From: Planctomycetota bacterium
Lineage (GTDB): Bacteria; Planctomycetota; MHYJ01; WSZJ01
Direction of reading: 5' to 3'
NCBI GenBank assembly: GCA_038060895.1
Contig: JBBTCT010000022.1
Span: forward strand, 409,077-462,055
DNA length: 52,979 nucleotides
The notes below the pieces were generated by a model, which worked only from the letters and a program-made list of their open reading frames with translations, searched no databases and was not told the origin of the DNA. Of the stretch, positions 9,519-19,205 are shown piece after piece. Position 1 is the stretch's first letter. Each line of letters starts with the position of its first letter. The translations under genes were made by a program, and so were the position numbers.

Positions 9519-10361
9519 GTGGAAAACTTCTGCCGCCGCATCCTCGCCCTCGACCGCCGGTGGATTTTCTTCATCCTCCTGGCGACGCTGATCTTCCCGA
9601 TCGCCTGTCCGCTCAATCTCGAGGGCCTCAAGCCGTCGACGGGCGTGAAGAAGATGTACGACTTCATCGAGGCGATGCCTGAAGGGCAGTCGGTGCTGAT
9701 CTCGTTCGACTACGACCCCTCGTCGGCGCCGGAACTTCAGCCGATGGCGGATGCGGTCATGCGGCACGCGTTCCGCAAGAAGCTGAAAGTCGTGGTGGTG
9801 GGGCTGTGGGTGACCGGGGTGCCGCTCCAGAAATCGACGGTCGAGAAGATCACCAAGGAAGCCGGTGCGAAGGAGGGCGAGGACTACACGCACCTCGGTT
9901 TCAAGCCGGGCAACGTGGCCGTGATCTCGGGCATGGGCGAGGATATCTACGCCACCTTTCCGACGGACGCGAAGGGGACGGCGACCAGCACGATCCCGGT
10001 GATGAAGAAGCTGCGGCGCCTCAAGGACTTCGACCTGGTCGTATCGATCTCGGCGGGGACGCCGGGACTCGACACCTGGATCGCGTACGGCGCAGACAAG
10101 TACAAATTCAAGATCGGCGGCGGCGCGACCGCGGTTCAGTCGCCCGTCATGTCGCCCTACCTCCAGGCAGGCCAGCTCGTCGGGCTCATCCCCGCGATGC
10201 GCGGCGCGGCCGAGTACGAATTCCTCATCGACAAGCCGGGCGCCGGGACGAAGGGCATGGACGCCATCAGCCTCGGGCACTACCTGATCATCGCGCTCAT
10301 CCTGCTCGGCAACGTCGCCTACTTCTACACCCGGACCAAGCCCGCGGGAGGCGTCGCATGA
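9519..10361 (+). CDS. Membrane module subunit C1: alpha/beta domain between N- and C-terminal TM helices
   Basis: GTG start after ggaggg; SFDYDPSSAPELQPM and GQLVGLI..MRGAAEYE shared with the paralog at 13685. Confidence 0.8.
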   Translation: MENFCRRILALDRRWIFFILLATLIFPIACPLNLEGLKPSTGVKKMYDFIEAMPEGQSVLISFDYDPSSAPELQPMADAVMRHAFRKKLKVVVVGLWVTGVPLQKSTVEKITKEAGAKEGEDYTHLGFKPGNVAVISGMGEDIYATFPTDAKGTATSTIPVMKKLRRLKDFDLVVSISAGTPGLDTWIAYGADKYKFKIGGGATAVQSPVMSPYLQAGQLVGLIPAMRGAAEYEFLIDKPGAGTKGMDAISLGHYLIIALILLGNVAYFYTRTKPAGGVA

Positions 10362-11845
10362 GCGAAGTCCTCGGGTTCTGGGTCGCCGCGGCCCTGACGC
10401 TGTTCATGTTCTCGTTCCTGTACAAGGACAATCCCTTCTACCGGATGGGCGAGAACCTCTTCGTTGGCGTCACCATCGGCTACAGCATCGTCATCCTGTA
10501 CTTCGAATCGTGGCTCCCGAAGGTGTGGCGCGTCATCCATCCGGAAGCGGGGGTCTGGTTCGAGAACCGCGAGTGGTGGGTGCTCATCTTCCCCGTCACC
10601 CTCGGCGTCCTCGTCCTCACGCGCTTCATTCCCAAGTGGGCCTGGATGTCCCGCTGGACTTTCGCATTCATCGTCGGGTACGCCTCGGGCCTCGCCATTC
10701 CTGCGACCTTGACGACCTCGATCCAGAAGCAGGCCGCCGGGACCGTGCAGCCGCTCTTGACCCGGACGCCGGACCTGGAGGGGGCGGAAGCGGACGCCAG
10801 GGGTGCGGAAGCGGCGGCGGACGAGGCGGCGAGAAAGGACCCGACGTCTGAGGACGCGCGAGAGGCGCGAGTGCGGGCCGAGGAGCTGCGCCAGAAGGCG
10901 GAGGCTGCCCGTGGAGCGGGCGAGGCTGCCGAGGATGCGGTGTCGGTGGCCGAGTGGAACGAAGCCCGGAAGCCCGTGGTGGCGAAGGCGATTGTGCCGC
11001 TCGTGGAACTGGCAGCGATCGTCGAGGCGAAGGCACCGGCAACTTCCGACCAGATATCGAAGGCGAAGGCGGGACAGGAAGGGGCAGCGAAGGAAGCCGC
11101 GGCGGCCCGGAAGTCCGCGGATGACGAGGCGAAGACCGCGCAGGAACTCGGTGCAGCGGCGGGCAAGGCCAGAGCCGAAGCCGACGCCCTGTGGGCGGCG
11201 AGGGGGAAGACGAAGGAATCCGGTGACGCCGCCCGCGCGGCGCTGGAGACGGCCCGCGTCGAGGCCCGAAAGGCCGCGATTGCGGGGAAGCGCGCCGCCC
11301 GCGCGGGACGGCTGGCGCTCGAGGCTGAGAAGCGTTCCGCGGCCGTCGCGGAGCTCGCGGCGATCATCTTGTCCGGTGCCGCCGCCACCGACGACCAGGC
11401 CGCCAAGGCCCTGAACGATCGCGTCGCCGCAACTAAGTCCGCGCTGGATGCCTCCCAGGCTGCCATCGCGACGCGCATCGGCGCGTGGGACGCGGCGAGC
11501 CGGAAGGAGTACATGCTGCTGACGTTCTACCGCGACGTCTCGGCGCTCATCCTTTTCGTCGGCGTCCTCAGCGTGCTCGTCTACTTCTTCTTCTCCATCG
11601 AGCACAGGGGGCCCGTCAGCAAGATCTCGCGCCTCGGGGTGTGGTTCCTCATGGTGTATTTCGGCGCGTCGTACGGCTATACGGTGATGGGCCGCCTCTC
11701 GCTCCTATACGGCCGCATGTCCTACCTCCTGGACGCCAGCGATCCCAAGCAAGCGTGGTGCGCCACCCCGATTCTCCTCGTGATCATCATCGGCGGGCTC
11801 GTCTTCCTGCACTTCAAGAACAAGGGCCAGGAACCCGCCGCGTGA
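10358..11845 (+). CDS. Membrane module subunit D1: multi-pass membrane protein with a ~250-aa Ala-rich coiled-coil insertion
   Basis: ATGA overlap; SFLYKDNP, SRWTFAFIVG, LVYFFFSIEH.G and FGASYGYTVMGR shared with the paralog at 14542. Confidence 0.8.
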   Translation: MSEVLGFWVAAALTLFMFSFLYKDNPFYRMGENLFVGVTIGYSIVILYFESWLPKVWRVIHPEAGVWFENREWWVLIFPVTLGVLVLTRFIPKWAWMSRWTFAFIVGYASGLAIPATLTTSIQKQAAGTVQPLLTRTPDLEGAEADARGAEAAADEAARKDPTSEDAREARVRAEELRQKAEAARGAGEAAEDAVSVAEWNEARKPVVAKAIVPLVELAAIVEAKAPATSDQISKAKAGQEGAAKEAAAARKSADDEAKTAQELGAAAGKARAEADALWAARGKTKESGDAARAALETARVEARKAAIAGKRAARAGRLALEAEKRSAAVAELAAIILSGAAATDDQAAKALNDRVAATKSALDASQAAIATRIGAWDAASRKEYMLLTFYRDVSALILFVGVLSVLVYFFFSIEHRGPVSKISRLGVWFLMVYFGASYGYTVMGRLSLLYGRMSYLLDASDPKQAWCATPILLVIIIGGLVFLHFKNKGQEPAA

Positions 11846-13056
11846 TCCGCGCCGCGGCTTTTGTGCTCCTGGCGGCGACGGCGGCCACGGCACAGGCCCC
11901 CGCGGATTTCAAGGTGTATGACAGGCCCGGCGATGCCGGCGGGGTGATCATCGCGGAGTGGAAGGGACTCCCCGGGGAGGAAATCCCCGAGACCGCCAGG
12001 CGGATCGAGTACGTGATCTCGGTATCCCTCTCGAAAGACGGCGAGTGGAAGGAGATCAAACGATTTCCCGGGACGCTTCAGCACAAGAACGAAGCCCCGG
12101 AGATCTTCGGATTTTCGAAGTCCAATGAGACCGAGCATTTCATCGCGCTGAAGGGCCTCGTGCCGCCTCCCGGCGGGCCTTGGCTCGGGACCGGGAAGTC
12201 GCTTCCAACGTGGGTCAAGCTCGAGGTCATTTCACCCGCGGGGACCGCGATCGCGGGGCCACTGGTTGCGGAGGCGAAGCCGAACTGGTGGGCGTGGAAC
12301 AAGACAAACGTCTTCGTCTTCATCCTGATTTTCGGCGTCGTGACGTTCTGGTTGATCTCCAAGGCGCGGCGCAACCCGAACATATTCGTTCGGCGGATCC
12401 CGGGGCTGGACGCGATGGAAGAAGCCATCGGGCGCGCGACGGAGATGGGGCGGCCGATCCTGTACCTGAACGGTCTCCAGTCCATGGAATCGATCTCGAC
12501 GATCGCCTCGGTGAGCATCCTGGGGCAGATTTCGAAGCGGGTGGCGAGTTACGACTCGCAGATTCTCGTCCCGTGCCGCGACGCGGTCGTGCTGTCAGTC
12601 TGCCAGGAAGTCATGCGCGAGGGATTCACCGCGGCTGGGCGGCCTGACAAGTACCGCGAGCAGGACGCGTGGTTCATCACGCAGGAGCAGTTCAGCTATG
12701 TGGCGTCGGTGGACGGACTCATGATCCGCGAGAAGCCCGCGGCGTGCCTGTACATGGGGTACTACTACGCCGAGTCGCTCCTTCTCGCCGAAACCGGCGG
12801 CGCGACCGGCGCCATCCAGATCGCCGGGACCGACTCCATCACGCAACTCCCGTTTTTCATCGCCTGCTGTGATTACACGCTGATCGGGGAAGAGCTGTAC
12901 GCCGCCAGCGCGTACCTCTCCCGGGAACCGCTCCAGCTCGGATCGCTCCGCAGCCAGGACGCGGGCAAAATCTTCATCATCGCGACGCTTTTCCTCGGGG
13001 CGCTGACGGCCGCCGCAGGCTATCCGTTCGTCAAACACCTCCTGGCGACCTTCTGA
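11842..13056 (+). CDS. Membrane module subunit A2 (DUF6754-like, paralog of A1)
   Basis: GTGA overlap; signal peptide; VRRIPGLDAMEEAIGRATEMGRP...YYYAESLLLAETG. Confidence 0.8.
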   Translation: MIRAAAFVLLAATAATAQAPADFKVYDRPGDAGGVIIAEWKGLPGEEIPETARRIEYVISVSLSKDGEWKEIKRFPGTLQHKNEAPEIFGFSKSNETEHFIALKGLVPPPGGPWLGTGKSLPTWVKLEVISPAGTAIAGPLVAEAKPNWWAWNKTNVFVFILIFGVVTFWLISKARRNPNIFVRRIPGLDAMEEAIGRATEMGRPILYLNGLQSMESISTIASVSILGQISKRVASYDSQILVPCRDAVVLSVCQEVMREGFTAAGRPDKYREQDAWFITQEQFSYVASVDGLMIREKPAACLYMGYYYAESLLLAETGGATGAIQIAGTDSITQLPFFIACCDYTLIGEELYAASAYLSREPLQLGSLRSQDAGKIFIIATLFLGALTAAAGYPFVKHLLATF

Positions 13057-13688
13057 TGGGACACCTGAAGCGCACCGTTCCGCTTGCGATCGCCTTTATT
13101 TTCGGCTTCGGGCTCATCATCCAGTACTTCGTCCCTCACCCCGTGAGCCAGCGGGCGCTCGGGATGACCCAGCGCTGGGTGACGATCGTCGGCTTCGTCT
13201 CGCTGCTGCTCGGCATCGGGTCGCTCTTCCAATCCCACTGGCGGAAGATCAATGCCCAGGTCCCCGGGTGGGGGTATTCCGTGGTCACACTTGGGGTTTT
13301 TCTGCTCACCGTTGCGGCCGGTTTCCACCCGAAGAATGACAAGCCGGGCGGCCCCCTCCTCTGGGCTTTCAACAATACGTACTCGCCGATGTCGGCCACG
13401 ATGTTTTCGCTCCTGGGCTTCTTCATCGCGAGTGCCGCCTTCCGCGCTTTCCGCGCCCGTTCCCTCGAGGCGTCGCTTCTCCTGGTCACCGCCGTCATCG
13501 TCATGCTTGGCCAGGTGCCGTTGGGCGCCCACATCCCCGGGGCCTCAAGTTTCTCGGCCTGGATTCTCGGCGTGCCTCTCACGGCGGCGAAGCGCGCCCT
13601 GACTCTGGGCATTGCGCTTGGCGCCATCGCCACGGCGCTTCGCATCATTTTCGGCATCGAACGCTCCTACCTCGGGGGGCGCGAATGA
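13056..13688 (+). CDS. Membrane module subunit B2 (paralog of B1, no insertion)
   Basis: TGATG overlap; TMFSLLGFFIASAAFRAFRARS; IIFGIERSYLGG. Confidence 0.8.
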   Translation: MGHLKRTVPLAIAFIFGFGLIIQYFVPHPVSQRALGMTQRWVTIVGFVSLLLGIGSLFQSHWRKINAQVPGWGYSVVTLGVFLLTVAAGFHPKNDKPGGPLLWAFNNTYSPMSATMFSLLGFFIASAAFRAFRARSLEASLLLVTAVIVMLGQVPLGAHIPGASSFSAWILGVPLTAAKRALTLGIALGAIATALRIIFGIERSYLGGRE

Positions 13689-14545
13689 CCGACGAGCTGC
13701 GCAAGAACGTCACGCGCTGGGCCATCTTCGCCACGGTCGCGGTCGTGGTCGTCGTTTCGCTCCGCGCCAAGGGCGTCAGCGACTTCAAGGCCACCCCTGT
13801 GGTGATGAAGGTGTACGACGCGATCGAGAGCCTTCCCGACGGGTCCCCGCTTCTCATCAGCTCCGATTTCGACCCTGGAAGCGAAGCCGAGCTTGAGCCG
13901 ATGATGCGCGCGATCCTGGTCCAGTGCTGGCGCAAGAAGCTCCGCGTTGTCGTCATGTCGATCTGTAGCGTCAACAGTCCGCCTCTCGCCGCGCGCATCC
14001 TCAAGGAGTCCGCGGCCGCGCACGGCGCCGTCTACGGCACGGACTACGTGCAGTTCGGTTACCAGGCAGGAGGAACCGCCCCGATCCTCGCGCTCGGGCA
14101 GGACTGGTTCGCCGTGTACCCGAAGGACGAGAACGGGACGCCGTCTCGTGAGATCCCGGCGATGAAGGGAATCACGAAGCTGACTGACTTCCCGTTGTGC
14201 CTCGAAATCGCGGCGGTCACGACCGTGGAGTACTGGCTCCTCGCGGGCAACGCGAAGTACGGTCTGAGGCTCGCTCTCGGCGTCACCGCCGTCATGGCCA
14301 CCGACAATTACCAGTACCTCGCCACGGGCCAGGTCGTCGGGATCATCGGCGGCATCGCCGGCGCTTCGCAGTATGAATCCCTCACCCGCCGCGACGACTT
14401 GAAGACGGCGCGCGAGACCCGCAAGGACGGCGGCCTCGCGTCGTCGCGCATGCCGACCCAATCCGCCATCCACGTCGCGATCATTCTGCTGATCGTGATC
14501 GGGAACATCCTTTACTTCGTGGGCCGGAAAAAGGCGAAGGCATGA
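13685..14545 (+). CDS. Membrane module subunit C2 (paralog of C1)
   Basis: ATGA overlap; SSDFDPGSEAELEPM; GQVVGIIGGIAGASQYE. Confidence 0.8.
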   Translation: MTDELRKNVTRWAIFATVAVVVVVSLRAKGVSDFKATPVVMKVYDAIESLPDGSPLLISSDFDPGSEAELEPMMRAILVQCWRKKLRVVVMSICSVNSPPLAARILKESAAAHGAVYGTDYVQFGYQAGGTAPILALGQDWFAVYPKDENGTPSREIPAMKGITKLTDFPLCLEIAAVTTVEYWLLAGNAKYGLRLALGVTAVMATDNYQYLATGQVVGIIGGIAGASQYESLTRRDDLKTARETRKDGGLASSRMPTQSAIHVAIILLIVIGNILYFVGRKKAKA

Positions 14546-15432
14546 TCCTCCACCTCCTCGCGCAGACCGCCGCCGCCCCCGCCGACAGGGGCTTCTGGGA
14601 AAGCGACGCCATGGGCGTCCTGGGCGTCTGGGCCTCGGTCGGATTCACGCTCGCGCTCTATACCTTCCTCTACAAGGACAACGCCGTCTTCAAGTTCGCC
14701 GAACACGTCTACGTCGGCGTCACCAACGGCTGGATCCTCTGGCAGGCCTGGTTCTCGTCCGTCAAACCCCACCTGGTCTATCCGCTCGGCCGGCTCTGCG
14801 GCCACGATGTCTTCCGGCGCAACCTGAAACTCGAGGAAGGCGACACCTGGTGGCTCCTCGTCCCCGCCGCCTTCTCGATCTTCATGCTCCTTCGCTTCAT
14901 CCCCAAAGCCTCCTGGCTCTCCCGTTGGTCCTTCGCGTTCATCGTCGGCACCACGGCCGGCACCCAGCTTCCCCTGCAGGTCCAGGCGTTCCTCTTCCGC
15001 CAGATGTCCCCCATGCTGGAAAGTCCCCTCAAGCACGGAGACGACGGCGGATTCCTCTTCATGGGAACCCTCTCCGCCATTCTCCTGTTCATCGGCGTCA
15101 TCTCCGTCCTCGTATACTTCGTCTTCGCCATCGAGCACAAGGGCGCCGTCCGCCCCATCGCCCGCACCGGCGTCATCTTCCTCATGATCGCCTTCGGCGC
15201 GCACTTCGGTTACACGGTCATGGGCCGCGAATCGCTCCTCATCGAGCGCGTGCAGTACCTCATCGGGACCGCCGAGGCTGAAGGCGCCAAGGGCAAGCCG
15301 AACCCCCACCACGCCACCCTCTGGCTGCTCCTCGCCGTCGTTGCGGCTGTCGTCGTCCTGGAGGTCCTCCGCGTGAGACGCGAAGAGGAAGCGAAGGCCA
15401 CGGCTGAGCCGGCCCAGGGTCCTCCGGCCTGA
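14542..15432 (+). CDS. Membrane module subunit D2 (paralog of D1, no coiled coil)
   Basis: ATGA overlap; TFLYKDNA, SRWSFAFIVG, LVYFVFAIEHKG, FGAHFGYTVMGR. Confidence 0.8.
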   Translation: MILHLLAQTAAAPADRGFWESDAMGVLGVWASVGFTLALYTFLYKDNAVFKFAEHVYVGVTNGWILWQAWFSSVKPHLVYPLGRLCGHDVFRRNLKLEEGDTWWLLVPAAFSIFMLLRFIPKASWLSRWSFAFIVGTTAGTQLPLQVQAFLFRQMSPMLESPLKHGDDGGFLFMGTLSAILLFIGVISVLVYFVFAIEHKGAVRPIARTGVIFLMIAFGAHFGYTVMGRESLLIERVQYLIGTAEAEGAKGKPNPHHATLWLLLAVVAAVVVLEVLRVRREEEAKATAEPAQGPPA

Positions 15433-15477
15433 CAACTTCCGCGTGCCCGCCGGCCCCGATGCCTACAATGGCCCGCA

Positions 15478-17301
15478 ATGAAGCAGTCCATCCTCGTCGC
15501 CATCCTCGCCGCGAGCCTGAGCGCCGCGGAAACGCAGATGCCTGCGCCCGAACTGTTGTCTGCCGCCGAGATCCAAAAGCGCGCCGCCGCGTTCAAGTTT
15601 GAGAAGGGCCGGGTCGGCGGGACTCTTCACGACTGGATCGATTCGGACGTGACGTCCTGGAACCTTGCGCTGTCGACGGATCACCAGACGAGCAGCGTTC
15701 TGGACGGCAACGTCTTCCAGTCGTTGTTTCGCAGGGATCCGGTCACGTTGGGCTGGCAGCCTTGCCTTGCCGCGGAAGTGCCGGCCCGGAGTGATGACGA
15801 GGACGGGCGCGTGTGGGTCGTGAAACTTCGCCGGGGCGTGACCTGGAGTGACGGCAAGCCTTTCGGCGCGGACGACGTGGTATTCACGATCAACGACATC
15901 GTCCTGAACGAGTCGATTCCCTGCCCGGCGCGACAGGCGCTTCAGATGATGGTGAAGGACGAAGCGACAGGGACGACGGCGAAGGCGAATTTGCGGGTCG
16001 AGAAGATCGACGATCACACCGTGCAGTTCACGCTGCCGAAGCGGACCGCGCTCTACATGAACGCGATCAATGGGACGAACCTGTATCCCAGGCACGTCCT
16101 CGGGAAGCGTGTTGCGGACGGGACGTTCGACTCGGTCTGGGGACTCTCAACGCCGCCCGCAGAAATCGTTGGGACCGGGCCCTTCGTGGTGTCGGAAAGA
16201 CACGAAGGGGAGAAAATCGTTCTCAAACGAAGCCCGCGATATTGGGAGAAGGACGAGGCGGGCGAGTTTCTTCCCTATGTCGAGTCCTGGGAGTTCTCGG
16301 TGGTCTCTTCGCCCGACGCGCAGCTCCGGCGGTTCCAGGAGGGCAAGCTGGATTATTACGAGGCGAGGCCCGTCGACATCGACGTCCTCGCGAAGGGTGC
16401 CGCGAAAGGGAATTACGACCTCGTCTCGATGGGGCCCCGGCCGGCCTGGAGCTACCTTTCGTTCAACCAGAACCCACGTTCGCGTCCGGACGGCACACCG
16501 TACGTCGCGCCGCACAAGTCATCGTGGTTCCGCGACGTGCGCTTTCGGCGCGCCGTGGCCCACTGCGTCGATCGGGACCGGATCGTGAGAGAAGTCCATT
16601 CCGGCAGGGCAACCCCGCTCTGGGGCCCCTATACCCCGAAGTACGCCGAGTTCTACACGGAGGAAGTGGCGAAGTACCCGTTCGACCTGGCGAAAGCGGG
16701 CGCGCTCCTTGATGAGATGGGCCTCAAGGACACGGATGGCGATGGCCTGCGCGACGACGGGCAGGGGAACGCGGCGGAATTCCGGCTGACGGCGGTCGCG
16801 GACCAGCCGACTCTCGTGACGATGGTGACGATCATTGGGGAGAGCCTGAAAAAGGCCGGCGTCCGGCTCGTCCCGGAGTTCATTCAGTTCAACCTTCTGC
16901 TGCGGCGCATTTCGCAGGACTGGGACTGGGAAGCGCTCCTCCTCTCGTATTCCTCCGGCCTCGAACCGCTCCTCGGCAAGACGATCTGGAAAACCGGCGA
17001 GGCGCGCCGGATCTGGAATCCGAAGGCCGACCCGGCCGCTGCCGAAACTCGGGACTGGGAGCGTCGCCTCGACGCGATCTTTGACGAGGCATACACGCAC
17101 TGGGACCCGAAGTCGCGCTCCTTTGGCCGCTCGAAGGACATCGCGCTCGCCCACGAATGGCAGCGGATCTGCGCGGAACAGCTGCCTCACATCTATCTCT
17201 TCGCCGGGACGAGCATCTACGCCATCTCCCGCCGGCTGGGCAACGTTCGTACGACCCTCCATTCCTTGTACGACTCCGAGCGGGTTTTCATCCGGAAATA
17301 G
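15478..17301 (+). CDS. ABC transporter substrate-binding protein, family 5 (OppA/DppA-like)
   Basis: LRRGVTWSDGKPFGADDVVFT, VGTGPF, FRDVRFRRAV; signal peptide. Confidence 0.9.
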   Translation: MKQSILVAILAASLSAAETQMPAPELLSAAEIQKRAAAFKFEKGRVGGTLHDWIDSDVTSWNLALSTDHQTSSVLDGNVFQSLFRRDPVTLGWQPCLAAEVPARSDDEDGRVWVVKLRRGVTWSDGKPFGADDVVFTINDIVLNESIPCPARQALQMMVKDEATGTTAKANLRVEKIDDHTVQFTLPKRTALYMNAINGTNLYPRHVLGKRVADGTFDSVWGLSTPPAEIVGTGPFVVSERHEGEKIVLKRSPRYWEKDEAGEFLPYVESWEFSVVSSPDAQLRRFQEGKLDYYEARPVDIDVLAKGAAKGNYDLVSMGPRPAWSYLSFNQNPRSRPDGTPYVAPHKSSWFRDVRFRRAVAHCVDRDRIVREVHSGRATPLWGPYTPKYAEFYTEEVAKYPFDLAKAGALLDEMGLKDTDGDGLRDDGQGNAAEFRLTAVADQPTLVTMVTIIGESLKKAGVRLVPEFIQFNLLLRRISQDWDWEALLLSYSSGLEPLLGKTIWKTGEARRIWNPKADPAAAETRDWERRLDAIFDEAYTHWDPKSRSFGRSKDIALAHEWQRICAEQLPHIYLFAGTSIYAISRRLGNVRTTLHSLYDSERVFIRK

Positions 17302-17354
17302 GGTACGACTCTCCTTCTCCCTACGTCCCCGGGGGGGCTAGAATCGCCGCCCGC

Positions 17355-19205
17355 ATGAAGCGCCTCCTCCTGCCGCCCGCCATCGTTCTCGCAGGCTTCT
17401 GGTTTTTCATCTGGCTGTTCCGGACGAGCCAGGGAGATCCGCTTCCTGAGAAGGCGCCCGCCACGGTGCAGGAGATGCTGGAAGCGGCGAAGAATTTCAA
17501 GTTTGAAATCGGCACGTACGGCGGCGTGCTGAACGACTGGGTCGATGAGGACATGAAGACGTTCAACTACCTCATGGCCAATGACGCGCAGACGTCGAGC
17601 GTGTTCGGCAACAACATCGTCTTCGAGACGCTGTTTACGTCGGATGCGGTGACGCTGGAAATCCAGCCGCAGCTTGCCGCGGAATTGCCGACCCACAGCG
17701 AAGATGCGGAGGGGCTCGTCTGGCTCCTCAAGCTGCGCAACGACGTCGTGTGGCATGACGGGGCGCCGTTCACCGCGGACGACGTCGTGTTCACATGGAA
17801 CGAAATCATGATGAACGAGACAGTCCCGTACCCGGGGCGTGCCGCTCTTTATGTGCCGGTCAAGGACGAGTCCGGCAAGGTTGTTCCGAAGGCGAACAAG
17901 GTTGAAAAGGTCGACGAATTCACGCTCAGGTTCACGCTTCCCAGACGCCATGCGCTTTACCTCACGCGCATGAACATCACGGTTTACCCGAAGCACGTCC
18001 TGAAGCCGCGGATCGATGACGGATCCTTCACGAGCACCTGGAACGTCGGGACGCCTCCTGCCCAGGTCATCGGGACCGGGCCGTTCATTCCCTCTGAGTA
18101 CGTGCCGGGAGAGCGCTTTATCCTGAAGCGCAACCCCAACTATTGGATGAAGGACGAGGCGGGGAACCGGCTGCCCTACCTCGACCGGATTGTCTTCAAC
18201 ATCATCGCCGGCCCGGAAAAGCAGAAGGAGCGGTTCCTCCTCGGCGAGCTGGACTACTTCGAGGTCAACCCGCTTTCGTTCGCGGAGATCTGGCGCAAGC
18301 GTATCGAAAAGGGTTACGACGTGATCCGCATGGGCCCGCGTCCCGGGTGGGGATACATCGCGTTCAACCAGAACCCGCGGAGCCGGCCGGACGGCAAGCC
18401 ATACGTGAAGCCGTGGAAATCGAAGTGGTTCCGGGACATTCGCTTCCGGCGAGCCTTCGTGCACGCGATGGACAAGGACAGCATCATCCAGGTCTCTTAC
18501 GACGGCTTCGCGTCCCCTATCTGGGCGCCGTACACGCCACGGTTTCCCAAGTACTACACTGACAAAGTGCGGAAGTATCCCTACGACCTGGACGCGTCGA
18601 GGAAGCTTCTGGACGAGATGGACCTGAAGGACCGGGACGGCGACGGGATCCGCGAAGACTCAGAAGGGCATCCGGTCGAGATCATCCTGACTTTGACGAC
18701 GGGTCAGCCCGAGTACGAGCGGATGGTCCCGATCATCCAGCAGGACATGCGCCGCGTCGGAGTCCGGCTGATTCCTGAATTCGTGCAGTTCAACCTGCTG
18801 TTGAACAAGATTTCTGCGGACTGGGATTTCGACGCGGTCATGATGGGCAACAACACGAACGCTGAGCCCCTCCTGAGCGGCAAGATCCTCGTCAATCCCG
18901 GGGACGCCCGGCGCGTCTGGAACCCGAAATCTCCGCCTGGGAGCGCCGAGAACCGCGACTGGGAGCTGCGCCTGCCGCAGATCTTTGACGAGGCCTACAC
19001 GAGCTGGGACGAGAAAGAGAGGCGCTTCCGGTCAGAGCGCGACGTCGAGCTTGCTCATGAGTGGCAGATGCTGTGCGCCGAGAACCTGCCGCACATCTAC
19101 ACGCTGGTGCGAGACCAGGTCTACGCCTTCTCGCATCGCGTCAAGAACCGGCGGTCCACGCCGAACTCGCTTTACGACATCGAGCGGCTGTACACCGACA
19201 AATGA
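17355..19205 (+). CDS. ABC transporter substrate-binding protein, family 5 (second paralog)
   Basis: LRNDVVWHDGAPFTADDVVFT, IGTGPF, RNPNYW; N-terminal TM anchor; ATG at 17355. Confidence 0.9.
   Translation: MKRLLLPPAIVLAGFWFFIWLFRTSQGDPLPEKAPATVQEMLEAAKNFKFEIGTYGGVLNDWVDEDMKTFNYLMANDAQTSSVFGNNIVFETLFTSDAVTLEIQPQLAAELPTHSEDAEGLVWLLKLRNDVVWHDGAPFTADDVVFTWNEIMMNETVPYPGRAALYVPVKDESGKVVPKANKVEKVDEFTLRFTLPRRHALYLTRMNITVYPKHVLKPRIDDGSFTSTWNVGTPPAQVIGTGPFIPSEYVPGERFILKRNPNYWMKDEAGNRLPYLDRIVFNIIAGPEKQKERFLLGELDYFEVNPLSFAEIWRKRIEKGYDVIRMGPRPGWGYIAFNQNPRSRPDGKPYVKPWKSKWFRDIRFRRAFVHAMDKDSIIQVSYDGFASPIWAPYTPRFPKYYTDKVRKYPYDLDASRKLLDEMDLKDRDGDGIREDSEGHPVEIILTLTTGQPEYERMVPIIQQDMRRVGVRLIPEFVQFNLLLNKISADWDFDAVMMGNNTNAEPLLSGKILVNPGDARRVWNPKSPPGSAENRDWELRLPQIFDEAYTSWDEKERRFRSERDVELAHEWQMLCAENLPHIYTLVRDQVYAFSHRVKNRRSTPNSLYDIERLYTDK

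Noticed and set aside
9806-11841. Upstream starts in the ORF track for D1 (9806) and A2 (11485); likewise 17157, 19061, 22237 and 36671
   Set aside because: The extensions overlap neighbouring genes; coupled ATGA/GTGA starts or signal peptides indicate the shorter starts.
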